From: Syntrophorhabdaceae bacterium
Lineage (GTDB): Bacteria; Desulfobacterota; Syntrophorhabdia; Syntrophorhabdales; Syntrophorhabdaceae
Assembly: GCA_963666485.2 (NCBI GenBank)
Contig: CAXXUO010000009.1
Span: forward strand, 256,001 to 320,000
Length of the DNA: 64,000 nucleotides
Direction: 5' to 3'
Shown here: positions 62,255 through 64,000 of the stretch, in pieces
Layout of the letters: each line of letters starts with the position of its first letter
Numbering within the stretch: position 1 is the stretch's first letter
Position numbers and translations under genes: made by a program
The notes under the pieces: model-generated
What the model saw: the letters and a program-made list of their open reading frames with translations, nothing else
Database searches by the model: none
What the model was told of the DNA's origin: nothing

Positions 62255-62956
62255 CTATTTCGTCAAGCTTCGTGCATAAGAAGGATCGACTTTTATACCC
62301 GGGCTCATGGTGGTACTAATCGCCATGCCTTTTACATACGTTCCTTTGCTTGTCGGTGGTTTTAGCCTGATAACCGCATCGAGGAGTGAATTGAGATTTT
62401 CAATGAGTTTCTCTTTCCCGAAACTGATCTTCCCTACAGGCACATGGAGGTTCCCTGCCTTGTCAACCCGGAATTCTACGCGGCCGGCCTTCATTTCCTT
62501 GACTGTTTTGGCTATCTCGAAAGTGACTGTGCCGACCTTCGGGTTAGGCATAAGGCCCCGAGGCCCGAGGATCTTACCTAATTTACTGACCATACCCATG
62601 ACATCAGGGGTTGCGATCGCCTTGTCGAAATCCATCCATCCTTTCTGGATCTTCTCGATAAGGTCTTCACCGCCAACCGTATCCGCTCCGGCTTCCTGGG
62701 CTTCTTTTTCTTTTTCACCCTTTGCGAAAACCAGCACGCGGACCGATTTGCCAAGTCCGTGGGGCAGCGCTACGGAACCGCGGACCATCTGATCTGCATG
62801 ACGAGGGTCAACACCGAGCCTGAGTGCAAGTTCGACGGTCTCGTCAAATTTCGCAAAACAGATCTGGGGCAGCAGTTCCAATGCTTCGTCCATTTCATAC
62901 CGTTTTTCGCGATCGATTTTCTTTCTCGCTTCGACATATTTTTTTGCAAGTGCCAT
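62255..62956 (-). CDS. rplA: 50S ribosomal protein L1
   Basis: [24 protein letters not shown]. Confidence 0.98.
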   Translation of the reverse strand: MALAKKYVEARKKIDREKRYEMDEALELLPQICFAKFDETVELALRLGVDPRHADQMVRGSVALPHGLGKSVRVLVFAKGEKEKEAQEAGADTVGGEDLIEKIQKGWMDFDKAIATPDVMGMVSKLGKILGPRGLMPNPKVGTVTFEIAKTVKEMKAGRVEFRVDKAGNLHVPVGKISFGKEKLIENLNSLLDAVIRLKPPTSKGTYVKGMAISTTMSPGIKVDPSYARSLTK

Positions 62957-63024
62957 TTTACAATCACCTCATGTTAGATACGCCAACATGCTGTCGTGAA
63001 CATGCCAGGCGCTTTGGTTACGTT

Positions 63025-63453
63025 CTATCCTTCTACGACCTCGAGGCCCATGCTGCGCACGGAACCCTCGATGATCTTTATCGCCCCATCGATATCCTTC
63101 GCATTGAGATCGACCATTTTGAGCTGTGCGATCTCTTTTACCGAGGACTTCGTTATGGATCCGACCGTTTCCTTCTTGGGATTATTGGAGCCTTTTGCCA
63201 GTTTTGCAGCCTTTTTAATAAGAAATGACGCAGGCGGTGTCTTCGTGACAAAGGTGAAGGTCCTGTCGGAGAAGATGGTGATCAGTGCCGGGATGATCGT
63301 GCCTTCCTGGCTTTTTGTCCTTTCATTGAAAGCCTTACAGAACTCCATGATATTGACGCCATGCTGACCAAGCGCGGGGCCCACCGGCGGTGACGGGGTG
63401 GCCTGACCGGCCTGGAGCTGGAGTTTTACCAATGCGATAACTTTCTTTGCCAT
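63025..63453 (-). CDS. rplK: 50S ribosomal protein L11
   Basis: [26 protein letters not shown]. Confidence 0.98.
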   Translation of the reverse strand: MAKKVIALVKLQLQAGQATPSPPVGPALGQHGVNIMEFCKAFNERTKSQEGTIIPALITIFSDRTFTFVTKTPPASFLIKKAAKLAKGSNNPKKETVGSITKSSVKEIAQLKMVDLNAKDIDGAIKIIEGSVRSMGLEVVEG

Positions 63454-63466
63454 TTCTTATGCTCCT

Positions 63467-64000
63467 TCAAATTTTCTCTATCTGTATAAAATCAAGTTCA
63501 ACAGGTGTTGTCCTGCCAAAGATGTTGAGCAGGACCTTGACCTTGCCCTTCTCCGGTTTTATCTCTTCGACATTACCGGTGAAATTGGTGAACGGTCCCT
63601 CGGTGACCTTGATGCCGTCGCCTTTTTCGAACCTGATCTTGGGCTTGATCTTTCCTTTGCCTTCCTGGATCGCATTGATAATATCGTTGACTTCCTTCTC
63701 CGGAAGGGCCGGGGGGTTCATCTTGTCGTACCCGACAAAACCCGTTACTTTCGGGGTATTGCGCACGAAATGCCACGTCGTGTCGTTCATGACCATGTTG
63801 ACGATGATATATCCCGGGAAAACCGTCCTCTGCGACTTCTTCACCTGCCCCTTGACCTTCTCCATGATGATCTCGGACGGGACGATGATGTCGCCGAAAT
63901 ACTCCTCCATTTTCGTGATCTTGATGTTCTCTTCCAACATCTCCTTCACTTTCTGTTCGTATCCCGAATAGGTGTGGACAACATACCATTTTTTATCCAT
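63467..64000 (-). CDS. nusG: Transcription factor NusG
   Basis: WYVVHTYSGYE, FPGYI, GPFTNFTG, IFGRTTPVEL. Confidence 0.98.
   Translation of the reverse strand: MDKKWYVVHTYSGYEQKVKEMLEENIKITKMEEYFGDIIVPSEIIMEKVKGQVKKSQRTVFPGYIIVNMVMNDTTWHFVRNTPKVTGFVGYDKMNPPALPEKEVNDIINAIQEGKGKIKPKIRFEKGDGIKVTEGPFTNFTGNVEEIKPEKGKVKVLLNIFGRTTPVELDFIQIEKI

Overview
A GC-rich bacterial chromosome segment. Gene content (sigma54 activator, 2-oxoacid:ferredoxin oxidoreductase, MASE3 kinase, Tol-Pal) suggests an anaerobic Gram-negative, probably deltaproteobacteria/Desulfobacterota-like; this is inference. Bases 1-27.6 kb form one minus-strand, often translationally coupled Wzx/Wzy exopolysaccharide locus that runs off the left edge. 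It carries wza, a chain-length protein, an ExeA-like ATPase with LysM, a degenerate BY-kinase, a priming transferase, deacetylase, FemAB-like protein, aminotransferase, GT2, GT4, flippase, polymerase/ligase, methyltransferase and CoA ligase. These are followed by two giant secreted CBM-like/PKD paralogues, an ATP-grasp and two GNATs. The two giant proteins appear to carry a clan-CD-like His/Cys catalytic domain split by about 500 aa of inserted sequence, which is the best novelty candidate. Bases 27.6-34 kb are a regulatory block: an ops/JUMPStart-like leader, a sigma54-type promoter and activator, a Zn-finger mini-protein, a TPR protein, a NarL/MASE3 two-component pair and a perfect (CGGCTAA)24 array. 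Bases 34-64 kb are mostly housekeeping: recD2, rel, rpmB, a redox/flavoprotein group, a four-subunit 2-oxoacid oxidoreductase, LysR-tolB-pal-cpoB and nusG-rplKAJL-rpoBC. A 145-bp palindromic MITE-like element, a DnaA-box cluster and several inverted heptamer repeats also occur. No tRNA, rRNA, CRISPR array or transposase was seen. All family calls come from motif recognition by eye; no searches were run.
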